Shown: positions 19,693 through 28,958 of the stretch, in pieces
Numbering within the stretch: the first letter of the stretch is position 1
How the letters are laid out: every line of letters starts with the position of its first letter
Notes under the pieces: model-generated
Databases searched by the model: none
The model's input: the letters and a program-made list of their open reading frames with translations, nothing else
What the model was told of the DNA's origin: nothing
Position numbers and translations under genes: made by a program
DNA from: an uncultured Verrucomicrobiae bacterium
Lineage (GTDB): Bacteria > Verrucomicrobiota > Verrucomicrobiia > Chthoniobacterales > UBA10450
Length of the DNA stretch: 64,000 bases
Assembly: GCA_963834385.1 (NCBI GenBank)
Contig: CAWIBO010000002.1
Coordinates: 1,184,001 to 1,248,000, forward strand
Direction: 5' to 3'

Positions 19693-20520
19693 TCCCTCCT
19701 CTCGGTCCTGCAATCGACCACCGCCTGGTTCGCGAAACGCGGCGTGGAAAGCCCGCGCCTTAACGCGGAACACCTCCTGGCCCACGTCCTCGGCCGGAAA
19801 CGGATCGAGCTTTATCTCGAGTTCGAGCGGCCCCTCGCCGAGACCGAGCTGGCCCCGCTGCGCGATCTGGTCCGGCGCCGCGGCCAGGGCGAACCGCTCC
19901 AGCATCTCCTCGGCACGGTCGAGTTCTGCGGCATGACTTTTCTCTGCGACAAACGCGCCCTCGTTCCCCGCCCGGAAACCGAGGAACTCGTCACCCTCCT
20001 CCAATCGAAAATCGAAAATCGAACCTCGAAAATCCTCGACGTCGGCACCGGCAGCGGCGTGATCGCCCTCGCGCTCGCCGCCCGTTTTCCCGAGGCCACG
20101 GTGCACGCGCTTGATCTCAGCCACGACGCGCTTGCTCTCGCCCGCGAAAACGCCGCCCGGCTCGGGTTGACGGACCGCGTCCAGTTCGAGCAGGGCGATC
20201 TTCTCCCGGCCGGGACCGATCGTTACGACGTCATCGTCGCCAACCTTCCCTATGTGCCCGCGAATGACCCAGTCAGCCGCGAAGTGGCCCATGATCCGGC
20301 CACCGCGCTCTATGGCGGAGCCACCGGCACCGAAGTGATCCAGCGCCTGATCGAATCAGCCCCGCCGCGCCTTGCCCCGGGCGGTCTGCTCGCGCTCGAG
20401 ATCGGCCAGGGCCAGGCGGCCGCGCTCGAGGAGTTGCTGCGCGCCGCGGGTTACCACGATATCTCGACCGTGAAGGATTTTGGGGGTATCCTCCGCTTCC
20501 TGTTTTCCCGGTATGGATAA
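19693..20520 (+). CDS. prmC: Release factor glutamine methyltransferase (HemK); start codon not evident
   Basis: SLLSVLQSTTAWFAKRGVESPRL, GEPLQHLLG, LVPRPETEELV, DVGTGSG, NLPY; follows prfA. First in-frame canonical start is GTG 19744. Confidence 0.92.
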   Translation, partial: SLLSVLQSTTAWFAKRGVESPRLNAEHLLAHVLGRKRIELYLEFERPLAETELAPLRDLVRRRGQGEPLQHLLGTVEFCGMTFLCDKRALVPRPETEELVTLLQSKIENRTSKILDVGTGSGVIALALAARFPEATVHALDLSHDALALARENAARLGLTDRVQFEQGDLLPAGTDRYDVIVANLPYVPANDPVSREVAHDPATALYGGATGTEVIQRLIESAPPRLAPGGLLALEIGQGQAAALEELLRAAGYHDISTVKDFGGILRFLFSRYG

Positions 20521-21775
20521 GATCCTTGTGCATGGCGGCCATGAGCTGTCCGGTTCCATCAAGATCAGCGGCTCGAAGAACTCGGCCCTGCCGATCCTGG
20601 CCGCCACTCTGCTCACGCGCGAGCCCTGCACCCTTCATCGGGTGCCCGACCTGAGCGATACCAATTACATGCTCCAGATCCTGGCCCATCTCGGGGCGCA
20701 GGTGGAACGCGCCAGCGGCACCGTCACCGTCACCGCGGAAAAGATCGAATCGATCGCCCCCTACGATGTGGTCCGCCGGATGCGCGCCTCCGTCTGCGTG
20801 CTGGGACCGCTCCTGGGCCGTTGCCGCGAGGCCACCGTCTCGCTCCCGGGCGGCTGCGTCATTGGCGATCGCCCGATCGATCTGCATTTGAAGGGGTTCG
20901 AGGCGCTCGGCGCCGCCATCCGGGTCGAGGGCGGCAACGTCAAGGTTTTCGCCCCGAAACTTCAGGGCGCGGTCATCAACCTGCGCGGCAAGTTCGGGCC
21001 CACCGTGCTCGGGACCGACAATGTCATGATGGCCGCCGTCCTGGCCGAGGGCACCACCGTGATCGAGGGGGCCGCCCAGGAACCGGAGGTGTGCGACCTG
21101 GCCGATTTCCTGAACAAGATGGGCGCAAAGATCGAGGGGGCCGGCACCCGCCGCATGATCATCGAGGGGGTGAAGGAACTACACGGGGCGGAGCACACCG
21201 TCATTCCGGACCGGATCGAAGCGGGGACGTTCCTTGTCGCCGGCGCCATGGCGGGCAAAGGGGTCACGCTCAAGCGGGTGAACGCGAAGCATGTCGAGGC
21301 GGTCACGGCAGCGCTGACCTCGTGCGGTTACAAGATCGAGAGCAAAGGCGACAGCATGACGGTCTCGCCGAACGGCGCGGTGCAGCCGCTGGAGATTGCC
21401 ACCGAGCCGTACCCCGGGTTCCCCACCGATATGCAGGCGCAGATGTGCGCGCTTCTCTCCACCACGGACGGAATCAGTGTGGTCACCGAGAACGTTTTTC
21501 CGCAGCGCTACATGCATGTGGCGGAATTGAAGCGCATGGGCGCCAATGTGCAGCTCGAGGGAGCCACGGCCGTTATCCACGGCGTGGAGAAACTGCTCGG
21601 CGCGCCGGTGATGGCGAGTGATCTGCGAGCCTCGGCGGCGTTGGTCCTGGCCGGGCTGAAAGCGGAGGGGATCACCGAGATCGGGCGCGTTTATCACATT
21701 GACCGCGGTTACGAGCACCTGGACGAAAAGCTCGGCGAGCTTGGCGCGCATATTGAACGTGTTAAAGATAAGTGA
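20513..21775 (+). CDS. murA: UDP-N-acetylglucosamine 1-carboxyvinyltransferase
   Basis: SGSKNSALP, RMRAS, LPGGCVIGDRPIDLH, PDRIEAGT, PGFPTDMQ, DLRAS, IDRGYE. Confidence 0.97.
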   Translation: MDKILVHGGHELSGSIKISGSKNSALPILAATLLTREPCTLHRVPDLSDTNYMLQILAHLGAQVERASGTVTVTAEKIESIAPYDVVRRMRASVCVLGPLLGRCREATVSLPGGCVIGDRPIDLHLKGFEALGAAIRVEGGNVKVFAPKLQGAVINLRGKFGPTVLGTDNVMMAAVLAEGTTVIEGAAQEPEVCDLADFLNKMGAKIEGAGTRRMIIEGVKELHGAEHTVIPDRIEAGTFLVAGAMAGKGVTLKRVNAKHVEAVTAALTSCGYKIESKGDSMTVSPNGAVQPLEIATEPYPGFPTDMQAQMCALLSTTDGISVVTENVFPQRYMHVAELKRMGANVQLEGATAVIHGVEKLLGAPVMASDLRASAALVLAGLKAEGITEIGRVYHIDRGYEHLDEKLGELGAHIERVKDK

Positions 21776-22158
21776 TGGACACCACGACTCCTCCCCCCGC
21801 GCCCTCCTCGCCGCCTCCCGTGACCAGTCCCCGCACCTGGGCGGTCCTTTGTCATGCCACCGCCTTGAGCGGCGTCGTCCTGCACGTCTTCGGATTTGTC
21901 CTGGGACCGCTGGTCGTCTGGCTGGCCAAGCGCGGTGAATCCGCCGAGATCGACGCGCACGGCAAGGAATCGCTCAATTTCCAGTTGTCGATGCTGCTCT
22001 GGAGCCTGATCGCCTCGATTCTGATCGTGGTCCTGATCGGGATCCCGATTTTGATCGGCCTTTACGTGATCAACATCGTCCTCACCATCATCGCCTCGCT
22101 CAAAGCGAGCGAAGGCACTCTCTACCGCTACCCGCTCACCATCCGTTTCCTCGGGTAA
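21775..22158 (+). CDS. DUF4870-like membrane protein
   Basis: WAVLCH, GPLVVWL, HGKESLNFQ, YRYPLTIRF. Confidence 0.85.
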   Translation: MDTTTPPPAPSSPPPVTSPRTWAVLCHATALSGVVLHVFGFVLGPLVVWLAKRGESAEIDAHGKESLNFQLSMLLWSLIASILIVVLIGIPILIGLYVINIVLTIIASLKASEGTLYRYPLTIRFLG

Positions 22159-22194
22159 ACCAGCTGCCTTGGCTCGGCGGCGGTTGGTGGAAGT

Positions 22195-22470
22195 GGGCGG
22201 AAGATGGAAGACGGAGGGAGCGCTTCCGCGTGTCCGATTCCAAAAGCTGAAACGCTAAAAAGCTGACAAGCTGAAATTCGGAGAGGATGAATTAGGGAAC
22301 CCAGGAAAGACCAGGAAGGAAGATAAGGATGGCTCCCCTCTTACTCGTAATCATAATCGTGCTCGTAATCGTCCCCCTGCTTTTTTGAAACGCTGAAATG
22401 AGACGAAGGGATGATTCAGGAAACCAGGAAGGCGGGAAGGGATAGGGTGGAGATGAGCGGGAGAGCGGAA
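22195..22470. repeat. Modular mosaic repeat array E
   Basis: Starts like array D; GCTGAAA, GAATTAGG, exact 30-mer at 22342-22371 identical to 483-512. Confidence 0.9.
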
Positions 22471-22509
22471 ATAAAAATTTAGGACAGCGGTGATTCCCAA
22501 ACGAGAATC

Positions 22510-23133
22510 ATGCCCAGCATGGAACTTGTCCCGCTGAGAGAAGAGGATGTGGATGCGGCCGCGGCGGCTCTTGCCCGCGCTTTTCAGGATGATCCACTGC
22601 AAAGGTACGTGCTTCCCGACCCGGCGGAGCGCGTCGCCCTTTCGCCGGGACATTTCGCGCCGATTCTTCGTTACGGACTGCGTTTCGGCGAGGTTTGGAC
22701 CACGGAGGGTGCGCCCCTCGGTGCGGCGGTCTGGCTTCCACCCGGCGAATGGGAGGTCACCCCTGAACGCGCCGCCGTGGCCGGGCTCGACCAACTGCCC
22801 CAGGCCATCGGTGAGGCGGCGGCGCAGCGGTTTTTCTCGGTGCTTGGGGCCGTGGAACCATTCCACCGGGAGATTTCGCCGCATTGGTACCTGATGGTCC
22901 TGGGAGTTGCGCCCGAGGGGCAAGGCAGGGGACTGGGGCGGGCACTGGTTCAGCAGGTTTTGCCTCGGGCGGAGGCGGCCCGGGTGCCGTGTTATCTGGA
23001 GACGGCTCAGCCATCCAACGTCGGCTTCTACCAGGGGCTTGGTTTCACCGTGGTCACGTCGGTGGTGGAACCGCAGAGCAACCTGGAGTTGTGGACATTC
23101 CGCCGCGACCCCGGGGGAACCAGCGCCGTTTGA
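22510..23133 (+). CDS. GNAT family N-acetyltransferase (puromycin acetyltransferase-like)
   Basis: LARAFQDDP, HWYLMVLGVAPEGQGRGLG, YLET..NVGFYQGLGF. Confidence 0.88.
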   Translation: MPSMELVPLREEDVDAAAAALARAFQDDPLQRYVLPDPAERVALSPGHFAPILRYGLRFGEVWTTEGAPLGAAVWLPPGEWEVTPERAAVAGLDQLPQAIGEAAAQRFFSVLGAVEPFHREISPHWYLMVLGVAPEGQGRGLGRALVQQVLPRAEAARVPCYLETAQPSNVGFYQGLGFTVVTSVVEPQSNLELWTFRRDPGGTSAV

Positions 23134-23162
23134 CGACCAGCCAGGAGTTTCCTCCTGCCGTC

Positions 23163-23770
23163 ATGGAAAAGATCGACCTCAGAAAGGAGCTGAAGCAGCT
23201 CTACAAAGTCTCGGCCCGGGAGGTTGTGGAAGTGATGGTGCCGCCGCTCCGTTACCTGATGGTGGATGGGAAAGGCGACCCCAACCGATCGCAGGAATAC
23301 GCGCAGGCGGTGGAAGCGCTCTTCACCGTTTCCTACAAGGCGAAGTTTGCCGTGAAGAAGGGACCGCAGGCGATTGATTACGCGGTCATGCCGCTGGAAG
23401 GCTTGTGGTGGGCGGATGACTGGTCTGCCTTTGCGGCGGGCGACAAGCAGAACTGGAATTGGACGATGATGATCCTGCAGCCGGCCTTTGTGCCGGCGAC
23501 ACCATCAACGAGGCGATCGCCGAGGCCGGGCGAAAGAAGGCTCTACCGGCCCTAAGCAAACTGCGGCTGGAGGAGTTCGCCGAGGGTCGGTGCGCGCAGA
23601 TCCTGCACATCGGTCCGTTTTCGGAGGAAGGCCCCACGATCGCGAAGCTGCACCGGTTCATCGAAGAGCGCGCCAGCCTTGCGGGAAAACATCACGAGAT
23701 TTACCTGAGCGATGTCCGGCGCGCCGATCCGGCAAGATGGAAAACGATCGTGCGACAGCCGATGAAGTGA
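23163..23770 (+). CDS. GyrI-like small-molecule-binding domain protein (frameshift near 23497)
   Basis: MEKIDLRKELKQLY, DGKGDPN, VMPLEGLWW, then QILHIGPF..HHEIYLSD..KTIVRQP in next frame. Confidence 0.85.
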
Positions 23771-23867
23771 CGCCCTTATCCGCTTGCCTTTCGGGAGGCC
23801 GGGCCTCAGAGCAGAGGTGAAGGAAAGGTCACCGGGTTCGGGCGAACCCCCAGGGACCGCACCGCGA

Positions 23868-24305
23868 ATGAAAAATCAAATCTGCCTTCTCCTCCTCGCG
23901 CTCTCTCACCTGGCGGCGACCTCGATCCTCGCCGAAACGGAAACACCGGAGGCGAACGAGCAACGGGTGCGGGATTATGTGGCGGCCTTCAACCGGCACG
24001 ACCTCGACACGATGCTCAGCATGGTCACGGAAGAGATCCAGTGGCTGAGCGCGGCGGGCGACAAGATCACGGTCGAGACCCAGGGCAAGGCAAAGCTGCG
24101 CGAGAGCATGGAGGCTTATTTCAAATCAACGCCCAGCGTGAAATCGGAGCTGGAGTGGGTGAAGGCAACGGCGTCACGCGTGGCGGCGCTGGAGCGGGCG
24201 GCCTGGCAGGGCAAGTCCGGCCCGAGATCGCAGGCCAGCCTCTCCGTCTATGAGTTCGATGGAAAACTGATTTCCAGGGTCTATTATTTCCCCGCTGAGA
24301 AATGA
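23868..24305 (+). CDS. Secreted SnoaL/NTF2-like protein
   Basis: Signal peptide; VRDYVAAFNRHDLD, VYEF.GKLISRVYY. Confidence 0.78.
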   Translation: MKNQICLLLLALSHLAATSILAETETPEANEQRVRDYVAAFNRHDLDTMLSMVTEEIQWLSAAGDKITVETQGKAKLRESMEAYFKSTPSVKSELEWVKATASRVAALERAAWQGKSGPRSQASLSVYEFDGKLISRVYYFPAEK

Positions 24306-24329
24306 GGCGGTCGCGCCGCCCTTCAACCC

Positions 24330-24987
24330 ATGGATCATGCCGACTTCTCCAACCTGATGGCACGGACGGAGTCACCGGTGGTGCTGCTCGAGGGGACGCG
24401 GGAGCTTCCACCGGCGCAGGCGGGTGACCTGACTGCGTTTGCGGCGCATCTGGCGCACACCTATCCGACGCGCGCGTTTTCGCACCGGGAACGCCCGCGG
24501 CTCGGACGAGGCCTTCGCCAGGGGCGTGGCTGGGGTCGACGCTTCCCGGCTCGAGTTCGTGCTGCCCTATGCCACGCATCGCCGGGGACAGCGCCCGGCC
24601 GAGTCACGCGTCACGGCCATTGACGATATTTCCGCGGCCTGCGCGAACGAGGTGATCGACGCCACCGTGGCGGCTTCACCGCAGTATGAACGCGTGGCGG
24701 TAAATTATCGCCGGCGCACCACGCATCCCCGGCAGCGGGCGACGGCCCAGCTTATCCTGCGGGACACCCTCAAGGTCACGGGAACGGCCACCTTTCGGCC
24801 ACCCGTTGCCGGCATCTTTTTTGTGAACGCGGCTGACCCTGAGCGCGGCGGGACCGGTCACACCATGCGCGTCTGCCGGTCGCAGGGAGTGCCGGTGATC
24901 AACCAGTTTCAATGGCTGGAATGGCCCTATGGAAGGACCTCGCATGAATCCTCAGACCAGCTCTTCTTCTCGCGGCGACGGTCCTGA
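24330..24987 (+). CDS. DprA/SLOG-like Rossmann-fold protein (frameshift near 24467)
   Basis: VVLLEGTR, FRTGNARGSDEAF, GGTGHTMRVC..GVPV resemble SLOG/DprA-fold motifs. Confidence 0.5.
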
Positions 24988-25424
24988 TGTTCCTGCCGGG
25001 CATCGTTCGCTCCGGCGAACCGCCCACCTCGGAGGAAGCGAAGAAGATTGAAGCCCTGGTGATCAAGGCGGCGGCGCTGGTCGAGGAGCGGGGGAAAGCT
25101 GCGGCCTTCGCCGAGTTCAGCAAGCGCGACAGTGCATGGTGGCACGGCAACACCTACCTATTCGCCTACGACCAGGAGCTGAATGTCCTGCTGAACCCGG
25201 CGTTTCCGCAACGGGTTGGGACCAACCCTCGCGGTCAGAAGGATGCCAACGGCAAGGCTTTTCACGATGAGTTTCTGCGGGTGATCCAGACAAGCGGTTC
25301 CGGCTGGGTGGACTACCTGTTTCCCCGGCCGGGCCAGACCAAGCCGTCGTCCAAGTGGAGTTACGTGACGAAGGTGAACATCGACGGGCAGCCGGGCATC
25401 ATCGGCGCGGGATTTTACCCGTGA
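24987..25424 (+). CDS. Stand-alone single Cache domain protein (signal peptide probably starts near 24944 via a frameshift)
   Basis: YLFAYD, VGTN..KDANGK, GSGWVDYLFPRPG..KWSYV, IGAGFY. Confidence 0.8.
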   Translation: MFLPGIVRSGEPPTSEEAKKIEALVIKAAALVEERGKAAAFAEFSKRDSAWWHGNTYLFAYDQELNVLLNPAFPQRVGTNPRGQKDANGKAFHDEFLRVIQTSGSGWVDYLFPRPGQTKPSSKWSYVTKVNIDGQPGIIGAGFYP

Positions 25425-25521
25425 CGGAGCGGGTCGCGTGGCCGGGTGGGGCCGCGATTATCAGGCCGCTCTCTTGCATTGACAGGACGGACTCGAATAC
25501 CGCTTATCGTCGGGGCAACCC

Positions 25522-25950
25522 ATGACAATCCTTCGAAATATCGCGGCCGTGGTGATCGGCATCGTGCTGGGCAGCGCGTTGAACATGTTTCTCGTGACGA
25601 TGGGGTCGAAGATGGTCCCGCCGCCGCCTGGCCTGAACATGGCCGACCCACAAAGCCTCTCAACGCTCGGTCATCTGCTTGAGCCGAAACATTTTGTCTT
25701 CCCGTTCCTGGCGCACGCGCTTGGCACTTTTTTCGGTGCGTTTGCCGCGCACGTGGCCGGCACCGGGCGACGTTCCCTATTGAGTTACATCGTCGCGGGC
25801 ATGTTCCTCATTGGCGGGATCATGGCGGCGTTCATGATCCCGGCCCCGGCCTGGTTCCTGGCGGCTGATCTTGTTTTGGCCTACATCCCGATGGCCTGGC
25901 TGGCCACCCGCCTTGGTTACCGGGTGCGCGGTCCGGTGAGCAGCGTTTAA
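25522..25950 (+). CDS. Hypothetical four-TM membrane protein
   Basis: Hydrophobic segments, FPFLAHALGT, PAPAWF..DLVLAYIPMAWL. Confidence 0.75.
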   Translation: MTILRNIAAVVIGIVLGSALNMFLVTMGSKMVPPPPGLNMADPQSLSTLGHLLEPKHFVFPFLAHALGTFFGAFAAHVAGTGRRSLLSYIVAGMFLIGGIMAAFMIPAPAWFLAADLVLAYIPMAWLATRLGYRVRGPVSSV

Positions 25951-25983
25951 TCGCCAGCAGGCCTTGCGCGCGCAAACAGGCAG

Positions 25984-26505
25984 ATGAACGCGCTCCCGAT
26001 TGTCGTTCTCCTGGCGGTGACGGCGACGATAAGTGCGGCCGGCGCTGAGACCATCCACTACGCCACGTTCACCGGCGAAAATTACTCGGTGAAAAAATGG
26101 CACAGCGCCCCGTTGGCCCTCTTCAAAAAGACGCAGCCCGAAAACGTTTTTGATTCGTACACCGTTCATCCGGGCCGGGATGGAACGATCGTTGTCCGGC
26201 GTGAATACGCGACACCGTCCGGCGACTGGCGTTTTGAATTCACCTATACCTACGGTGACGATCGGCGCCTGCGCAGGATGCGTTCCGAGCTTTTTACTTT
26301 TGGCGGTCTCGACGCCTCCGGCGAGGCGCAGGGGTTTACCCGGTGCATTCGCACCTTTACGGTCGCGCCTGACGGAACGATGCGGAAGATTTCTGAACGC
26401 GTCGTGGACGAGAAGACCGGCCGGAGAGTGACACGGCATTTTCATGAACCTGCAGTGGAACACTGGATGACGCTGGACGAACTCCCGATCTCACCCGCGC
26501 CATGA
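25984..26505 (+). CDS. Hypothetical secreted protein
   Basis: Signal-peptide-like N-terminus; co-oriented in cluster; no motif recognised. Confidence 0.6.
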   Translation: MNALPIVVLLAVTATISAAGAETIHYATFTGENYSVKKWHSAPLALFKKTQPENVFDSYTVHPGRDGTIVVRREYATPSGDWRFEFTYTYGDDRRLRRMRSELFTFGGLDASGEAQGFTRCIRTFTVAPDGTMRKISERVVDEKTGRRVTRHFHEPAVEHWMTLDELPISPAP

Positions 26506-26627
26506 TCAGGCTCCCCGGTTCCCTTGCGCCTGTCGAAACCTCGCCGGGCAGGAATGTTGTCCTTCGGCCGACGACTTCTGTATGCTGGGCGTGCTTGTGA
26601 AAGTTTCGCACCCCAAACGAACAGAAA

Positions 26628-27023
26628 GTGGTCCGGCGAAAGGGGACGGATCTGCGCGCGGCGCTCGCCTCGGCGCCCAAGGCGAAGGCGCAATGGGACC
26701 AACTGACGCCGATCGCCCGGCGCGATTTTGAGAGCTGGATCGCCGCGGCGAAAAAGGAGGAAACCCGCCAGGGCCGGATCAGGAAAGCCTGCTCGATGCT
26801 GGCGGCCGGGAAGAAGAGGCCCTGCTGTTACTCCATCGTTTCGCTTGATCTTCATCTTGCGCTCAAGGCGACGCCGAAGGCAAAGGCCCGGTGGAGCGAG
26901 CTGACGCCGGATGAACGCCGGGATTTCATCGGCTGGATGGACGCCGCCAAAGACAAGGAAGCGCATCGCCGCCGGATCGAGCAAGCGTGCGCGCTGCTCG
27001 CCGCCGGAAAACGACAACCATGA
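26628..27023 (+). CDS. YdeI/OmpD-associated family protein, two tandem domains
   Basis: Internal repeat DL..AL...PKAKA.W..LTP..RRDF..W..AAK..E....RI..AC..LAAGK occurs twice; start uncertain. Confidence 0.82.
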   Translation: MVRRKGTDLRAALASAPKAKAQWDQLTPIARRDFESWIAAAKKEETRQGRIRKACSMLAAGKKRPCCYSIVSLDLHLALKATPKAKARWSELTPDERRDFIGWMDAAKDKEAHRRRIEQACALLAAGKRQP

Positions 27024-27427
27024 AGAAATCCAGACCCGCGCCGGCCAGCGCCCGGAAAGCGGCAGGCAAACGTCCCACGACGATTCCCGAGTATATCCGG
27101 GGCGCGCCGCCGGCGGGTCAGCCGCATCTTCGGCGGCTCTACGAGATTCTCAAAAGCGTCGCGCCGAAAGCGGAGGAGACGATCAAGTGGGGCAACCCGT
27201 TCTTCATCGAGCCCCGGTTCGTTTTCGCGTTCTCCGCGCACAAGGCGCATTGCAGTTTCGCGCCCGGGACGGCGGCGCTGGAGGTTTTCCGCAAGGAACT
27301 GTCCGAACACCAGACCACCGCGAACTATCTCAAGGTGCCTTACGACCAGCCGCTGCCGGAAAAGCTGATCCGCCGGATCGCGCAGTATCGGATGGAGCAC
27401 ATGGGCGAAGGCGATTCCTTCTGGTGA
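27020..27427 (+). CDS. DUF1801 (YdhG-like) protein
   Basis: PTTIPEYI, APKAEETIKWGNP, FSAHKAH, PYDQPLPEKLI. Confidence 0.82.
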   Translation: MKKSRPAPASARKAAGKRPTTIPEYIRGAPPAGQPHLRRLYEILKSVAPKAEETIKWGNPFFIEPRFVFAFSAHKAHCSFAPGTAALEVFRKELSEHQTTANYLKVPYDQPLPEKLIRRIAQYRMEHMGEGDSFW

Positions 27428-27499
27428 AAAACCCGTGGAAGGAGTCTCCCGTGGCAGTCGGAAGCAAAGACCGACTTTAGGACAAAACGAGGTGCAATC

Positions 27500-27695
27500 A
27501 TGACCAATGCCCGACAACGCGCGATCGTCCGATGGATCCACATCATCTTCGGGCTCCCAATCATCGGCTACATTTACGGACCGCCCGAGGAAGTGGCGCC
27601 ATACGCGCCGATGTTTCAGTTCGTATTTGTTCCCGTGATTGTTCTCTCGGGACTCTGGATGTGGAAAGGCGAGGCGGTTCGCCGGTTGTTTTTGC
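27500..27695 (+). pseudogene. Small two-TM membrane protein lacking its native stop (reads through into the antisense of the next gene to 27943)
   Basis: Coherent protein up to ..SGLWMWKGEAVRRLF, then antisense-type sequence. Confidence 0.55.
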
Positions 27696-28686
27696 TGGCG
27701 CTTACCGGCACGATGACGCCGGTGGCAATGTTGAAATCAACGCTGCCACCACTGGTGATCGAGAGAGGGGTGGCAGTGAGGATGGAATGCCCGATGCCAT
27801 CTTCGACCAGGACGAGGCCCGGGTTGCTCGCGAGCATGCGACCCACGTCGTTCTGCTGGTGCCCGGGCTGCCCATTGTTCGAATCACCCGAGCGCCAGGT
27901 GAAACGCTGGCGACCATCGGCCTGGCCCATGATGGCAACATAAGAGCCGTTGCCGGCGGCGTTATCGCCGAGGGAATACTCGTTCACTGCCGTGTCCATG
28001 CTGTAGTCGCTCTGGTGGGTCAGGTTGTAGGCGTGCCCGTTTTCGTGCGCCGCGATTGTCCCGATGTAGTTGCCGTTGATGATGCCGCCCGTGGCGGCGC
28101 CGGCCTGCGCCTCCGTGAACATCCAATTGGTGTGATTGCCTCCTGAGGACGTGGTCGAATTGACGCCCAGGCCGGAGACACCGTCGGCATCATTGCTATA
28201 CCATTTCACCGTTCCGCCCATGCCATTGTCGCGCACCTGCGAGCCAATCACCGTGTGCATCAGGTTGGTTTGCGAATCGTAATACGCCTGGCGCATCGCA
28301 TCGGTGCCGGCCATGCCGGCGGCGACGGCCGGATCGATCGTGGTCACATTGACGTTGAACGGTGCGTAGGATTGCGCCATGCGCGCCCAAAGAATCTTGA
28401 TCTGCTCCTGTTCCGTCGCGTTAAAGGTGCCGGTGCTGGCGACGTCGTTCAGAGAAGGGGTGAAGCCTGGGGTCTGACCGTTCCACTGCCCATCGAAATT
28501 GAAGCCGGCCACATTAAGGTAAATGGTGAAAGGCGCTCCCGGGTTGCTGCTCAGTTCCGGGACCCCTCCGGTATGATCTTCGGCGTGGAGCGAGGTAAGA
28601 AACAGGAGGAGGGCTGCTGCGGCCAGGGCTCGGATCGAAAGCCGCGAAAAAGTGAATTGCCTGTGTCGGGAGGAGGAGGTGTGCAT
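27690..28686 (-). pseudogene. Secreted metzincin-like zinc metalloprotease, 3'-truncated
   Basis: Signal peptide, YAPFNVNVTTIDP, HENGHAYNLTH zinc motif, AIMG Met-turn; runs into antisense of upstream gene after ..VPVSASK. Confidence 0.65.
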
Positions 28687-28958
28687 TTGGAAAGTCCGAG
28701 AAAACGGGAAATTTAATGGGAGCACAAGCGAATTTGGAAATTTAATAGTAATAAGTTTCTCATATTCGGATATTTGTGTTTTGAGCCCCGGTTCTTTCGC
28801 GCTCCCGCGAGAAATCCGCAGTCTGTGGGAAACGTCGAGCGAGGCCTGGGCAGAGGCGATTTTTTCGGTTGCGCCCGCGGGCCGGCCCGGCTCGGGGAAA
28901 ACAAGAGAAGGCGCGAATGTTTTGGACGAATCGCACCCGGAACGGAATTAATCGTTCC

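Noticed and set aside
22510..27695. Integron cassette array
   Set aside because: No RYYYAAC..GTTRRRY attC structures seen in the spacers and no IntI gene
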